NCBI GenBank assembly: GCA_037917685.1
Contig: JAVCBU010000003.1
Coordinates: 225,309-289,308 of the forward strand
DNA length: 64,000 bases
Direction: 5' to 3'
From: Thermoproteota archaeon
GTDB taxonomy: Archaea > Korarchaeota > Korarchaeia > Korarchaeales > JAOZGB01
The notes under the pieces were generated by a model. That model saw only the letters and a program-made list of their open reading frames with translations. It did not search any database and was not told the DNA's origin. Shown here piece after piece: positions 39,012 through 49,058 of the stretch; the stretch's first letter is position 1, and each line of letters opens with the position of its first letter. A program made the position numbers and the translations under genes.

Positions 39012-39248
39012 AGGGTGAAATCAACATTAAACGATGTACCCCGTGGGAAACGCCCCTTGACACAAATGGGAGCCCTCGGTAAACCCTTAAACTCTAATCT
39101 TCCATTCAAGTCTTGGTCGGTCGAATCCTGTCTAATGTACTGGTGAACCCTGTATGTTCAATGCTTAACCATCAACGCGTGGCGCCGTGGCCAGGTTTAC
39201 ATGGATAAAGCCCTCAACCGGCATTCTAATGGTGTGCAGATGTCATGG

Positions 39249-40037
39249 TTAGAAGACACATTTTATTCTCCCACCGTCCACGGGGATCATGGCTCCAGTT
39301 ATGTAGCTGGCTTTTTCGCTTGCAAGAAAGACAACTGTTGAAGCTATCTCTTCAGGGCTTGCTATTCTACCCGCTGCGGTACCCTCAGCCATCCTCCTGA
39401 GCACTTCTTCGACAGTCTTGCCCTCTGCCTTGGCGAGATGCTCTGCATACTGCCTGAGCCTGTCGGTCAGCGTTAAACCCGGCATTACCCCGTTCACAGT
39501 TATATTATACCTTGAGAGTTCTATTGAGAGCTGCTTAACAAGGCCCGCAAGGCTCAGCCTCAGAATGTTTGAGAGAGCTATGTCAGGCTCAGGCTGCCTA
39601 ATAGCTACAGAGGTGAGAATAACTATCCTACCCCACCTCCTCTCGATCATGGGGGGAGCTAAAAGCTTGCACAGCTTAACAGCACTCATAAGTAGAAGCT
39701 CATACGCCAAATCCCAGTCCCCATCATCCAAAGTCATGAACCTACCCGGCCTAGGACCCCCTGTGTTGAACACAAGTATGTCCACCCCACCCCTCTCCAG
39801 TACATGGGCTGCCAGCTTTTCAACGTCGTCTCTTGAAGTCAAATCAGCTTCAAACCATTCAACATCGGATCCAACCTCGCTTCTTATCCTCTTAGAAGCC
39901 ATCACAAGATTCTCCCGGCTCCTAGAGGAAATTATAACATTAACACCTTCCCTTGCAAGCTCCTTAGCAACTGCAAAACCTATCCCCTTGCTTGAAGCTG
40001 TAACAAGGGCACTCCTATTCCTAATTCCAAGATCCAA
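39249..40037 (-). CDS. Short-chain dehydrogenase/reductase
   Basis: LVTASSKGIG, DILVFNTGGP, GRIV, ITVNGVMPG and YITG..IPVDGG. Confidence 0.92.
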   Translation of the reverse strand: MDLGIRNRSALVTASSKGIGFAVAKELAREGVNVIISSRSRENLVMASKRIRSEVGSDVEWFEADLTSRDDVEKLAAHVLERGGVDILVFNTGGPRPGRFMTLDDGDWDLAYELLLMSAVKLCKLLAPPMIERRWGRIVILTSVAIRQPEPDIALSNILRLSLAGLVKQLSIELSRYNITVNGVMPGLTLTDRLRQYAEHLAKAEGKTVEEVLRRMAEGTAAGRIASPEEIASTVVFLASEKASYITGAMIPVDGGRIKCVF

Positions 40038-40099
40038 GAACCCTCACCACTTGTTGGACGCCGAAGATAGTTTTAAACTTGAAGCATGGAAGTTTACAG

Positions 40100-40344
40100 C
40101 GCTTGGAAAACATAGGAGAAGCGTTAAGGACTCATACAAACTCCTATGCGGCGGAGTAGCTGAAGCATTGAAAATCCTAGGACTTAACCCCCGCGTGAAC
40201 AGGGGAAACATAACTGTGAGGGGGAGAAAGATTTCAGGAAGCGCCCAGCACCGGCTCTACGAAGCAATACTGCACCATGGAACTTTTATGGTTAGGGTTA
40301 ACATGGACACCCTTGAGAAGGGCTGTTTCAGCCTTCAACCTTGA
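40100..40344 (+). pseudogene. Internal fragment of lipoate-protein ligase A
   Basis: SYKLLC...AL..LGL...NITVRGRKISGSAQ.R...AILHHGT; no N-terminal half, and the C-terminus is truncated. Confidence 0.72.
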
Positions 40345-40700
40345 ACTTCACCCTTCCCTTTACGTAGTCCCTTATGAAGCCAAGCTGGTGTTCAGGTGGG
40401 ACTTTAAGGGTTATGATGAGGTTTGTAAGCCTCCACCTCTCCTCAGGGGAAAGCCTGGCTTTAAGCCTCCTAATCTCCTCCCTCCTCCGCTCCTCTTCGA
40501 TGCCTCTGCAGTGTCTGAGCAGCCTCCCGTAAGCCTTAACAATCGCCTCCCCAGGCTCAGCATCATAGCGTGCACGCATAGGTCTAACACTGTATAGTGG
40601 GGGGTTAAGCTCGACTATCTCACCTTCATACTTGAATGATATAGGCTTGTACAGCTTTACATCTGGGCATTTAAGCACCTCCTCAAGATATTTAACTATG
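40328..40700 (-). pseudogene. Probable C-terminal fragment of an unknown gene
   Basis: Coding-like sequence whose ORF-track 5' end runs into the divergent tsaA start. Confidence 0.4.
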
Positions 40701-40723
40701 GGGATTCTAATGGAATTGTTGGG

Positions 40724-41224
40724 ATGAGGGAGATAGTATATAAGCCTATAGGGGTGATCCATACACCTTTTAAGACGCCTAGTGGGACGCCTATTCAGGC
40801 TTCGGCGTCGAGGGGTGTAAAGGGGGTTGTTGAGGTTTATCCAGAGTTTATGGAGGGGTTAGAGGACCTGGATGGTTTCTCGCATATTATTCTAATATAC
40901 CATTTTCACCTTTCAAAGGGGCCCTCACTTAGGGTTAAACCCTACCTGGATGATAAGCCTCATGGTGTCTTCGCTACTAGATCGCCGAGCAGGCCTAACC
41001 CCATAGGTCTTTCTGTGGTACGCCTCCTCAGGGTTGAGGGGAACAAGATCTATGTTCAGGATGTAGACATAATAGATGGCACACCACTTCTAGACATCAA
41101 GCCCTACGTGCCCGAGTTTGACGTTAGAGAGGTTACCAGGAAAGGCTGGCTTGAGAAGGTGATAAGTAAACTACCTGGGGCCAGGGATGATGGAAGATTT
41201 GCAAAGCAAGCATCAAATAGGTAG
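40724..41224 (+). CDS. tsaA: tRNA (N6-threonylcarbamoyladenosine37-N6)-methyltransferase TrmO/TsaA
   Basis: KPIGVI.TPF, L.GFSHI..IY.FH, GVFATRSP.RPNPIGLS and DGTPLLDIKPY. Confidence 0.93.
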   Translation: MREIVYKPIGVIHTPFKTPSGTPIQASASRGVKGVVEVYPEFMEGLEDLDGFSHIILIYHFHLSKGPSLRVKPYLDDKPHGVFATRSPSRPNPIGLSVVRLLRVEGNKIYVQDVDIIDGTPLLDIKPYVPEFDVREVTRKGWLEKVISKLPGARDDGRFAKQASNR

Positions 41225-41592
41225 AGCTAGCTCTACAAGTCTTTCATCACTAAACTTCCCTGTTGCCAGGGTGAAATCTCCAAAGTAAGATCTATGTGGA
41301 TCCCGTGAAATTTCATGTTTTAAGGGTAGCCTTATTTATCTTCCAGCTCCAAGAGATATTTCACCCCTAGTTCCATAAGCTTTTCCTTCTGAGGCTTCAC
41401 CTCCTCTTCAAGCTTTAAGAATCCAACTAATGAATCAGGAACTCGACAGGCAGGGTGTAGCCATTAAAGCAACAGGTAAAACAAACACCTATACATGTTT
41501 ACACTCCAACAGCCAGAACATTTCAATAAACAATAATAAATACCCTTACCGAAATTTTCCTATTATTAAAGCCTAAACTACAATATTTATAT

Positions 41593-42414
41593 TTGTCAAC
41601 AGAGATAATTGCTCAGATCGCCATGGAAAAAGGCGAAACCCCACCAGAAAAAGAACCTACCAAGCATGCTGAAAACCAGCCCAGCACTCCTCCTCCGCCT
41701 CCTCCGCCTCCGGAGCCTAAGGATAAGACGAGACGGAAGATCATAGGTGCGGGCCTTCTTCTTGGTGCGCTCGCTGTGCTCGGATATTTCGGCTGGCCTT
41801 CGATAAAGAGGAGGATTAAACGCCGGGAAGAGCCAGCTAAACCTGCTACTAAGACCCCGTCGCCGACGTCCCCCCAGCCTAGTACAGCTCCCCCTGGGTC
41901 AACTCCCCCTGTGTCATCTCCCCCTGGGGGCGGGTCGCCTACTCCTACTAGTACGCCATCTGAGACTCCAGCTGGCGGTGTTGTTGTCCATGAGCCAGTT
42001 CCGATTCCTTATGATATGCCTAGGCCTTACCTGGGCTTGGATGTTGTCACCGCTGCATCCAGTGTTTCCACGGAGTCTCCGGTTAGGCATATAACGGTCG
42101 AGTTGCTCTGTAAGAATCTGGGAACTGGTGGTTCCACTTGCTTCCTTGAAGTTTTTCACATTGCAGGCGTTGGGGAGCCGAGGCATATGCCAATGCCAGC
42201 GAGGCTCTCAGACTTTGAAAGGATAAGCATCGAGACCCTCTACCTTCCGCCAGGGTCGGGTGTAACGAGAATGCTGACTATCGATATACCTGAGGAGTCG
42301 CTTGGGGTGATGTTCATCCTCACCGATCCCCTGCTTGACCCTTGTAGGAGGGTTTTTGAAACAAATGCGGACTTCGAGGCGGAGTCCAGGCGACTTGTCT
42401 ACTTTGGGAGGTGA
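41593..42414 (+). CDS. Pro-rich membrane-anchored protein with C-terminal beta domain
   Basis: Poly-Pro, TRRKII followed by a TM helix, P/S/T linker; overlaps the next gene's upstream GTG. Confidence 0.7.
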   Translation: MSTEIIAQIAMEKGETPPEKEPTKHAENQPSTPPPPPPPPEPKDKTRRKIIGAGLLLGALAVLGYFGWPSIKRRIKRREEPAKPATKTPSPTSPQPSTAPPGSTPPVSSPPGGGSPTPTSTPSETPAGGVVVHEPVPIPYDMPRPYLGLDVVTAASSVSTESPVRHITVELLCKNLGTGGSTCFLEVFHIAGVGEPRHMPMPARLSDFERISIETLYLPPGSGVTRMLTIDIPEESLGVMFILTDPLLDPCRRVFETNADFEAESRRLVYFGR

Positions 42415-42419
42415 ACCTG

Positions 42420-44252
42420 ATGCCTAAGTATGTTGTCCATGTCCATGTGATGGAGAAGGCTTCCGAAAGGCTTTTTCAGGAGCAGTTTATGGATGCAAGG
42501 CCCATGGTAGACCACCGGGACATCGCTGTAGTCGGTGCCATAGGCCCGGACCTGTTCTTCTGGGCTCCTGACTACGAGATATGCCGGATTATGCTTAGAA
42601 TTCTAGAGGCGTACGATGAGATTAGAAAGCTGTACGACGCCACCATAGGGAAGATAGCTGATGCCATAGAGGCCGTAGAGGAGGCGGTTGAGGATATGGC
42701 TGAGAGGATAGCCCCCCACACGGCTAGCATAGTTGAGGCTGTGATACGTGAGGCTAAGGAGACGGCTGAGATGTTCGAGAGCACACTGAAAAGGGGAGCG
42801 CTTGCCGCAGCACTTGGCCTAGACGACCTAGTAGCAGACTTAGGAGACATGCCAACAGTAACCAAGAGAATATTCGACCTCTTTAAGCCACCACTCCAGG
42901 ATGGGAAGCCGGAGGCTCAGTGGTACTGGTTCGACATGCTCCACTACAGGCAGACAGGCGACTTCGCGAGAAACCTCCTGGAAAACGCTACAACCCCGAT
43001 GCAGAAGGCTTACGCATACGGATACCTGACGCATATAGCCACCGACGTCGTCGGACACGGCTACGTCAACCAGGTGGTGGGAGGACCCTACAGGACACAC
43101 GTGCAGAGACACGTAACAGTGGAGAACTTCATCGACGCATGGGCCTTTAGGGAGTACTATGGGGGAGACATCTCCACAGGCCTCGTTGACATGCTATCCC
43201 TGCCTGACCAGCTGCCGGAGGAAGTAGTAGACCTATTGTGCAACGCCTTCCGCCAGACATACCGGGATAAGCCCCACCCTGCACTCCTGCCTGGAGACGG
43301 GTTCCTAACAAAGGAGCATATAAGGCAGACTTACACACTTTTCAAAAGGGTGACAGAGCTGCTTGAAGACCACATAGAGCCTCCTGAAGAGCCGTTCACC
43401 GGCGTCCTAGACGCGGTTTGGGAAGCCCTCAAGGATGCCTTCAAGCCCCCGCCGGAGCCCCCCGAGGTGGGAGACGGGGACTGCGGAGTACTAGACTACC
43501 TATCCTTTGGGCTGACAGAAAAGTCGAGGGAATGCTACAGAAGCCTTGTCGAAAGCATAAAGGAATGGCTGGAGTACCTGGCCGAGCTTATGGAGTGGAT
43601 CCTGGAGGAAACACTGGCGCTTTTCGACTTCCTACTCTCATCGCTTCTCCTATTACCTGCAATGGCCATAATAGGCATATTATACCTGATCCAGCTGGGC
43701 CTGTACAGGCTACTACTCCTAATAAGAGACCAGCTAGCCCTCCACGGCTTAACATACCCGAGCCACGGCCTCCTAGACACCGCACACGGAAGAAACCTGA
43801 CAACACCATACCAGTGTGGCTACAGCCTTGAGCTGTACCCTGCAGTGTACAGTGCCGATGAAAACTGCCTACAGTGCCCCTCCCACGGGCCTGAGAGACC
43901 CCAGACGCTACCAGCAAGCTATCAGGAGCTAGCATCCCCCCAGGACTTCATAGAGGGGGCACCTGTAGACCTTAAAGCCCTGCACAGCTATGCAAACGCC
44001 CAGACACCCCAGGAGACAAGGAACCTATACCTGGAGTTCGGCGGCATTGCAGCCCCAGGCCAGCAAAGATTCAGGCAGATAGCAAGCGCCGTAGAGCTTG
44101 CAGTATGGATGATAAAAAACTGGAAAAAGAACCCTGACGCAACCACAAACTGGAACCTAGACTCAGACCGAGGATATGCCTACAAACAGTGGACTGGAAG
44201 GCTCCCCACAAGCCCCCCAGACCACACGGTAGAGGGTGAAAGCTACATCTAA
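42420..44252 (+). CDS. Zinc-dependent phospholipase C / P1 nuclease-superfamily protein
   Basis: MP...VH, GAIGPDLFF, DMLHY, GYLTHIATDVVGHGYVN and RH..VE..ID Zn-ligand motifs. Confidence 0.85.
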   Translation: MPKYVVHVHVMEKASERLFQEQFMDARPMVDHRDIAVVGAIGPDLFFWAPDYEICRIMLRILEAYDEIRKLYDATIGKIADAIEAVEEAVEDMAERIAPHTASIVEAVIREAKETAEMFESTLKRGALAAALGLDDLVADLGDMPTVTKRIFDLFKPPLQDGKPEAQWYWFDMLHYRQTGDFARNLLENATTPMQKAYAYGYLTHIATDVVGHGYVNQVVGGPYRTHVQRHVTVENFIDAWAFREYYGGDISTGLVDMLSLPDQLPEEVVDLLCNAFRQTYRDKPHPALLPGDGFLTKEHIRQTYTLFKRVTELLEDHIEPPEEPFTGVLDAVWEALKDAFKPPPEPPEVGDGDCGVLDYLSFGLTEKSRECYRSLVESIKEWLEYLAELMEWILEETLALFDFLLSSLLLLPAMAIIGILYLIQLGLYRLLLLIRDQLALHGLTYPSHGLLDTAHGRNLTTPYQCGYSLELYPAVYSADENCLQCPSHGPERPQTLPASYQELASPQDFIEGAPVDLKALHSYANAQTPQETRNLYLEFGGIAAPGQQRFRQIASAVELAVWMIKNWKKNPDATTNWNLDSDRGYAYKQWTGRLPTSPPDHTVEGESYI

Positions 44253-44364
44253 TAAGTACAACCCCTCCCCCCTTTTCCAGGCACCGCATATAAGTACAGG
44301 ACTCATCTGTAAAAAGCGGGGCGTGAAATATTTAAACGCTGAACACCCTATAGGTCTGGGAGCC

Positions 44365-44929
44365 ATGGCAAGATCGGGAAGGGTGTTGTACCCCTATTAT
44401 TGGTTCTGATCCTTCTCCCAAAAACGTAAATAGCACCATCCCACATTAAGAGTTTCACCCTAACTGTTAATCAGGGGATAAGGGATATCGCCGACGAAGG
44501 TAGCATGTGGTACGATGCCTATGGGAACACCGTTGCAAGGATAGAGTTGGCAAGCGACTTCCTATCAGTCAGAGAGAAATTCAGCATCGTCAGAGTATAC
44601 GATACAGTTCAAACCTAATCTACAGCTTAGACCTTGACAAGTGGGCCTTAAATAGTACGGGGTTAAACCTATCCTCCAACCCTAGAAGAGTTAAAGGGTA
44701 CTACTATGACTGGCTATGCATGAGATGGAAGATCTGGCAGTCCGGAGTATGCAATGAAACCCATGGATCCCCGGACTTCTCACATCCAGCATTTAAACAA
44801 GCATTCAAGTGGATGGCTAGCATATCGGTGGGTGGTTGCTACCTAAACATATCTTTCTACATGTCATGTCACGACCCATACATAAGGATCGCCGTAAACT
44901 CTTCTACAGCTGGGCTGTTACATCGATAA
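44365..44929 (+). pseudogene. Frameshifted remnant of a secreted protein
   Basis: Signal-like VVPLLLVLILL followed by a stop and frameshifts; ends abruptly at the TA promoter. Confidence 0.45.
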
Positions 44930-44966
44930 GGTAAACCTTATATTTGGTAAACTATATATTAATTCT

Positions 44967-45197
44967 GTGAGCAGATACGTCACCGTTTCCGCTAAGGTTC
45001 CTCGTAGGCTGAAGGAGCTAATGGATAGGTTTGGAATAAAGCCTGGCCCTATTATTAGAAGGGCTTTGGAGGAGGAGGTTGTGAAGCGTGTGTTGAGAGA
45101 GGTTGAAGATGATGTAAAGGAGCTTAGCACTAGTCTGTCTCACATATCCGATGAGGAGATAGCTAGGCTGATACGCGCCGATAGAGAGGGTAGGTAG
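44967..45197 (+). CDS. Antitoxin, RHH-type
   Basis: VTVSAKVPRRLKE...I.....IRRALEEEV...IA.LIR.DRE; upstream of a PIN gene. Confidence 0.85.
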   Translation: MSRYVTVSAKVPRRLKELMDRFGIKPGPIIRRALEEEVVKRVLREVEDDVKELSTSLSHISDEEIARLIRADREGR

Positions 45198-45198
45198 C

Positions 45199-45612
45199 AT
45201 GGCGAAGCAGTACCTTTTCGATGCTAGTGCCGTTGTAAATATGGTGAAGAGGGGTGCTGTGATGGCCCTGGCAGAGGGCTGCTCTCTAGATCTAACAGTC
45301 TACGAAGCTCTCAATGCTGTTTGGAAAGAATCCGTCTTGCTTGGAAGAATTGATTCAGAGATAGCATCAAAGCTAGTGGAGAACATAGTTAAAGTCCTAA
45401 GCGTTATCGGGCAACTAACCATAAAGGGGGTGGAGGAGAAAGTTTATGAAACAGCCGTAGAGGAAGAACTAACCATCTATGATGCCTCATACATCTTGGT
45501 TGCAGCCAGGGAAGGCTTAACGCTTGTAACAGACGATGAGAAGCTACTAGACAAGGCGTCTAAACACGTACCTGTAGTGACCAGTAGAAAGCTTCTGGAA
45601 CTCCACGGCTAG
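45199..45612 (+). CDS. vapC: VapC PIN-domain toxin
   Basis: LFDASA, YE..NA.WK, LTIYDASY and LVTDD. Confidence 0.92.
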   Translation: MAKQYLFDASAVVNMVKRGAVMALAEGCSLDLTVYEALNAVWKESVLLGRIDSEIASKLVENIVKVLSVIGQLTIKGVEEKVYETAVEEELTIYDASYILVAAREGLTLVTDDEKLLDKASKHVPVVTSRKLLELHG

Positions 45613-45805
45613 TCGTAACCCTAAATGTAACACTGAAGTCTGGAATCCTATGAATAAACTTTATCCGCCGATTTTCACTTAAAGAGGAGAAGGGATAAGA
45701 ATAGCGGCTGATAGGAATATGGGTATGAATGATGCCTACGTCGCTTCTAAGCTAGATGTTAAGGGTTAGATTTAGGTTAAGCCATCCTTTGAGGAAAGCC
45801 TTAGG

Positions 45806-45953
45806 AGGCTTCGTCATGCAGTGTCTTCATAACGTCGCTGTAGGTAGCCCTAAGGTCCTCCCTGTTTAGCTTCATGAAAAGTGATCTGCGTTTACTATGC
45901 GATTTCGGCGTTACACCCCTACAATGTAAAAGTTTATGGCGACGATCATTGAT
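45806..45953 (-). pseudogene. Degraded partial copy of the PaREP1/HEPN gene at 50349..50759
   Basis: Near-identical DNA to ~50471-50625 (aggcttcgtcatgcagtgtc...ctatgcgatttcggcgttacaccc...aaaagtttatggcga). Confidence 0.85.
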
Positions 45954-46602
45954 CGCGCGCGAAATCTCTATCAAATTCTAAATTGCATTTGTTACATTTC
46001 AACAACCTCTGCCCATTCGGGCTTTTCTTTAGTTTACGCCCACATATCGGGCAGAGGCTGGATGTACTTTTTTGATTCACATATTCTACTACCAATCTGT
46101 TCCATAAAGCCTTATACTCGATGGAAGACTGTAGTTTTCTAAAGTTCCACCTGTTTAGCCTTCTCCTCACCTTTTTGTTCTTCTTGTTTATTGATTCTCG
46201 CATGTGCTTGAGGTTTTCCATTACTATCTTGGCGTTATATTTCTCTGCCTCGGAAATGATTATCGAGGACACCTTGTGGAGATAATCCTCGATCTCCTTT
46301 TTCTCTTCCAGAATACTTCTGGAGAACCTTCCGCATCTTTAGCGGCTTCTTGGAGAGCTTCCTCCGGGTTTTCTCTCCTTGGGGTAGTTGTCGTGAATTC
46401 TCTTCGCTTTGTATATGTCCAGCCTAACAGTCTTTATAACGTTTCCGTGTAGATCCAAAACTGAATAAGTCGCATTCTTCTCATTGATATCTATGGTCAT
46501 AGTCGTGTCACCCTTACACCTTCCTTCAAATATTTGTCTGCTAAAATTGTGAACGCAACTCTTAAACCTGCTTTGCCATGTTATAAACATCATCCGAGCC
46601 AC
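45946..46602 (-). mobile_element. tnpB: IS200/IS605 TnpB remnant (frameshifted, truncated at both ends)
   Basis: RuvC-I IDINEKN, DYLHKVS, RuvC-II IVMENL, W.FRKLQ..IEYKA, TSSLCPICG...CNKC...DRD; two frameshifts near 46290-46370. Confidence 0.88.
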
Positions 46603-46645
46603 CTTACCTGTTGCTTATAACTGCCACCCATATACCATTATACTT

Positions 46646-46682
46646 AAAATAATGGTGTAAACCATATTTTACTGGTGTAAAC
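46646..46682. promoter_or_regulatory. Putative autoregulatory operator of the second VapBC pair
   Basis: Imperfect palindrome AAAATAATGGT-GTAA-ACCATATTTT plus direct repeat TGGTGTAAAC x2 just before the start codon. Confidence 0.5.
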
Positions 46683-46683
46683 T

Positions 46684-46923
46684 ATGATTTATGGTGTTGA
46701 AGTTAAAAAGGTGGATGATCAGGGTAGGATTGTCATCCCATCTGACTGGAGGTCCAGGGAACTTGGCGATGAAAGGGAGGTTTTCATAATCAAGTATAAA
46801 GGATACCTGAAAATAGTGCCAAAGAAGAGAGTAGACCTAACCAGGTACTTTGATAGCGTAGACCTCGAGTCAAACATAGGCAGCTGGCAAGACTTTGAGA
46901 GGAGATTCTATGAGGTTCCTTGA
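46684..46923 (+). CDS. AbrB/MraZ-like antitoxin
   Basis: KVDDQGRIVIP..WR swapped-hairpin motif. Confidence 0.85.
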   Translation: MIYGVEVKKVDDQGRIVIPSDWRSRELGDEREVFIIKYKGYLKIVPKKRVDLTRYFDSVDLESNIGSWQDFERRFYEVP

Positions 46924-47329
46924 CGCAAACGTATTCGTATATGCCTACTACAAGCCGAGGGGGAAACTCACCAAGGAGCAGAAGGATTTAAAGGACAAAG
47001 CAAAGGCAATAGTGAAGGCCATAAACGAGGGCAGAGAAGAGGTTATCACAAGCGTGGTACACCTCTCCGAGATATCAAACATCCTAAAGAGGGCGATGCC
47101 AACGAGCGAACTCCACAACTTCCTGCTTGGTCTATACTCAAGGGAGAACGTAAAGATAGTTGGGGTAACAAGCGCCGACTACCTACTAGCAATCGAACTA
47201 ATGAACGAACTAGACATGGATCCAAGCGACACACTGGCAGTAGCCATCATGAAAAGAAATAACCTAAAAGAAATATACACGTTCGACAAGGGATTCGACA
47301 AGATAAAAGAAATAAAAAGAAAACCATAG
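46910..47329 (+). CDS. vapC: VapC PIN-domain toxin
   Basis: FLDANVFVY, HLSEI, D.LA.A.M and IYTFDKGFD. Confidence 0.92.
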   Translation: MRFLDANVFVYAYYKPRGKLTKEQKDLKDKAKAIVKAINEGREEVITSVVHLSEISNILKRAMPTSELHNFLLGLYSRENVKIVGVTSADYLLAIELMNELDMDPSDTLAVAIMKRNNLKEIYTFDKGFDKIKEIKRKP

Positions 47330-47442
47330 AGAGATGAAAAGAAGAGCAGAAAGCTCAAAGAGGAAAGAGAAGATAGGGTAATCAAAGCTAAAAAAGGTAT
47401 TAGGGGTCAACTCTATCAGGTGAAAAAAAGATTTTCCTCTTC

Positions 47443-47859
47443 CTAAAATATTTTCCTCTTCCTAAATGCCCAATACGTGTAGAAAATCATCCATGTAGCT
47501 GTGAGAGGCAGGACAACTGTAAGCCAGTATTTGAGGCTTGTGAGGGCGGAGAAGCAGTTGACAAACAGGAATACAAGGAAGTTGATGTAGAAAGCTCTCC
47601 TCTGCCAGCCATACCTCTCTATAGAACGCATAGCCTCTAAGGCAGCATGCCCCTCCCTTGTCAGCATGTACCTTCCATCAGCCCCCTTCTCAACAAGGCC
47701 CTTAAGCTTTCCCAGGTGGAAGTCAAGTTTTCCGCTACTCTTCAGTCCAAGCCTAGCCTTAAGCTCGGAAAAGCTCATCGGCCCCTCGTAGAGCATCCTA
47801 ATGATGCGAATACGGATCGGGTGAGAAATGGAGTCAAAGGTACTTTCAGGCTCCCGCAT
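47443..47859 (-). CDS. ArsR-like winged HTH regulator with two C-terminal TM helices
   Basis: F..ISHPIR..I..L...PMSFSELK...SSGKLDFHL.KL...Y.LT..G followed by a hydrophobic tail. Confidence 0.85.
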   Translation of the reverse strand: MREPESTFDSISHPIRIRIIRMLYEGPMSFSELKARLGLKSSGKLDFHLGKLKGLVEKGADGRYMLTREGHAALEAMRSIERYGWQRRAFYINFLVFLFVNCFSALTSLKYWLTVVLPLTATWMIFYTYWAFRKRKIF

Positions 47860-48420
47860 ATACCCTCAGAAATTATCCCACAATACAGCTTTTAACCCTA
47901 TCTACAGGTTTCATGGTCAATAAAAGTAGACATCCAAGTCTCCGGCTGAAGAAACCTCCACATCGCTGGCGAACCGGATCCGAGGCTCCGAGGCAGGCTT
48001 AGCCGCCTAATCTACCTCGAAAGGTGAGCCAGGCGCGCCCTCCAAAGCGAAAAGCTTTCAATCCCGTTTAAGCCTTTTTACTATTTTTAATAGTTTTTTG
48101 GTAGATATCGCTTTATCTTTGGAGGGTTGATTTTTACTGTGTTATATTGTTTGTCTGGGAGCGGTTAGGTTTAGCTGGCTGTTAGAGGCGGGGTTAACCT
48201 GTATACATTTGATTACGATGTTGGTGTGGAACATTGATATGCACATCCTGCGCGGGGCTTTATAGTTGTTGTGGAGAGTCCTATGGTTTTTACACGTTAT
48301 TTTTTAATTGGTGCAGCATGCTTTAGGATGTCTCTCTGGGCGTTATCCTTGGTGTAGAGTGGCAGCTTCATATTAAGTAGTAAATTTTAAATAATAGTAA
48401 TATATTTTTTCTAGTTCGGC

Positions 48421-48648
48421 ATGGTTAGGGTTAAGGTTACGAGGAATTATCAGGTTACGATTCCGGCTGAGGTGAGGGATGAGGCTGGGATTAAGATAGG
48501 GGACTACCTTGAGGTCTCAGTTGACGGCGACAGGATTGTATTGAGGAAGGTTCCGGTTGGGAGGCTGAGGCTTAGGACTGGAAGTAAGCTTGCACCTGAG
48601 GAGATTGAGGCTATCATTATAAGGGGGCTTGCTGGGGAGGTTGTTTGA
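48421..48648 (+). CDS. AbrB/MazE/SpoVT antitoxin
   Basis: VKVTRNYQVTIPAEVR...GIK.GD. Confidence 0.9.
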   Translation: MVRVKVTRNYQVTIPAEVRDEAGIKIGDYLEVSVDGDRIVLRKVPVGRLRLRTGSKLAPEEIEAIIIRGLAGEVV

Positions 48649-49058
48649 GGGCTGTTCTGGATACGAACGTGCTTGTATATGATACTTTTGAGGACAGCAT
48701 GTTCCACGCTGAGGCTTCGGCTATTATGGATGAGCTTGAGGCATGGGTTCTCCCGTTGATAGTTGTTTATGAGTATGTATGGTTTATGAGGGGGCTTGGA
48801 GTGGATGCTAAGACCACTCTTAGAAAAGTTGAGGATTACACTTTGTCGCCTAAAACCTTAATGGTTGAGGGTGACAGGGGTATCGTTAGGTCGGCGCTTG
48901 GCATTATTATTGGCGAGGATGCCTCACTCTCAAGGTTCAATGATAAGGTTATTCTACTGGTGGCTGGGAGGATGGGCATACCAGTTGTAACCTTCGATCA
49001 AAGGCTTAGGACTCAAGCTGAAAAGCATAAGGTGCCATATTATCCGAGAAAGCTATAG
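48645..49058 (+). CDS. vapC: VapC PIN-domain toxin
   Basis: VLDTNVLVY, YE, ND..IL and TFD..L; 4-nt overlap with the antitoxin. Confidence 0.9.
   Translation: MRAVLDTNVLVYDTFEDSMFHAEASAIMDELEAWVLPLIVVYEYVWFMRGLGVDAKTTLRKVEDYTLSPKTLMVEGDRGIVRSALGIIIGEDASLSRFNDKVILLVAGRMGIPVVTFDQRLRTQAEKHKVPYYPRKL

Noticed and set aside
39100-39200. tRNA or att-site fragment (GGTCGAATCC, GCGCCGTGGCCAGG)
   Set aside because: No cloverleaf, and the pieces are in the wrong order.
39418-40344. 308-aa ORF as a real gene
   Set aside because: Mostly the antisense shadow of the SDR gene; only the last ~80 codons are an lplA fragment.
47940-48060. Hammerhead ribozyme or C/D sRNA (CTGAAGA..., GC-rich hairpins)
   Set aside because: Could not build the stems around a CUGANGA/GAAA core, and there is no convincing D box or terminal stem.
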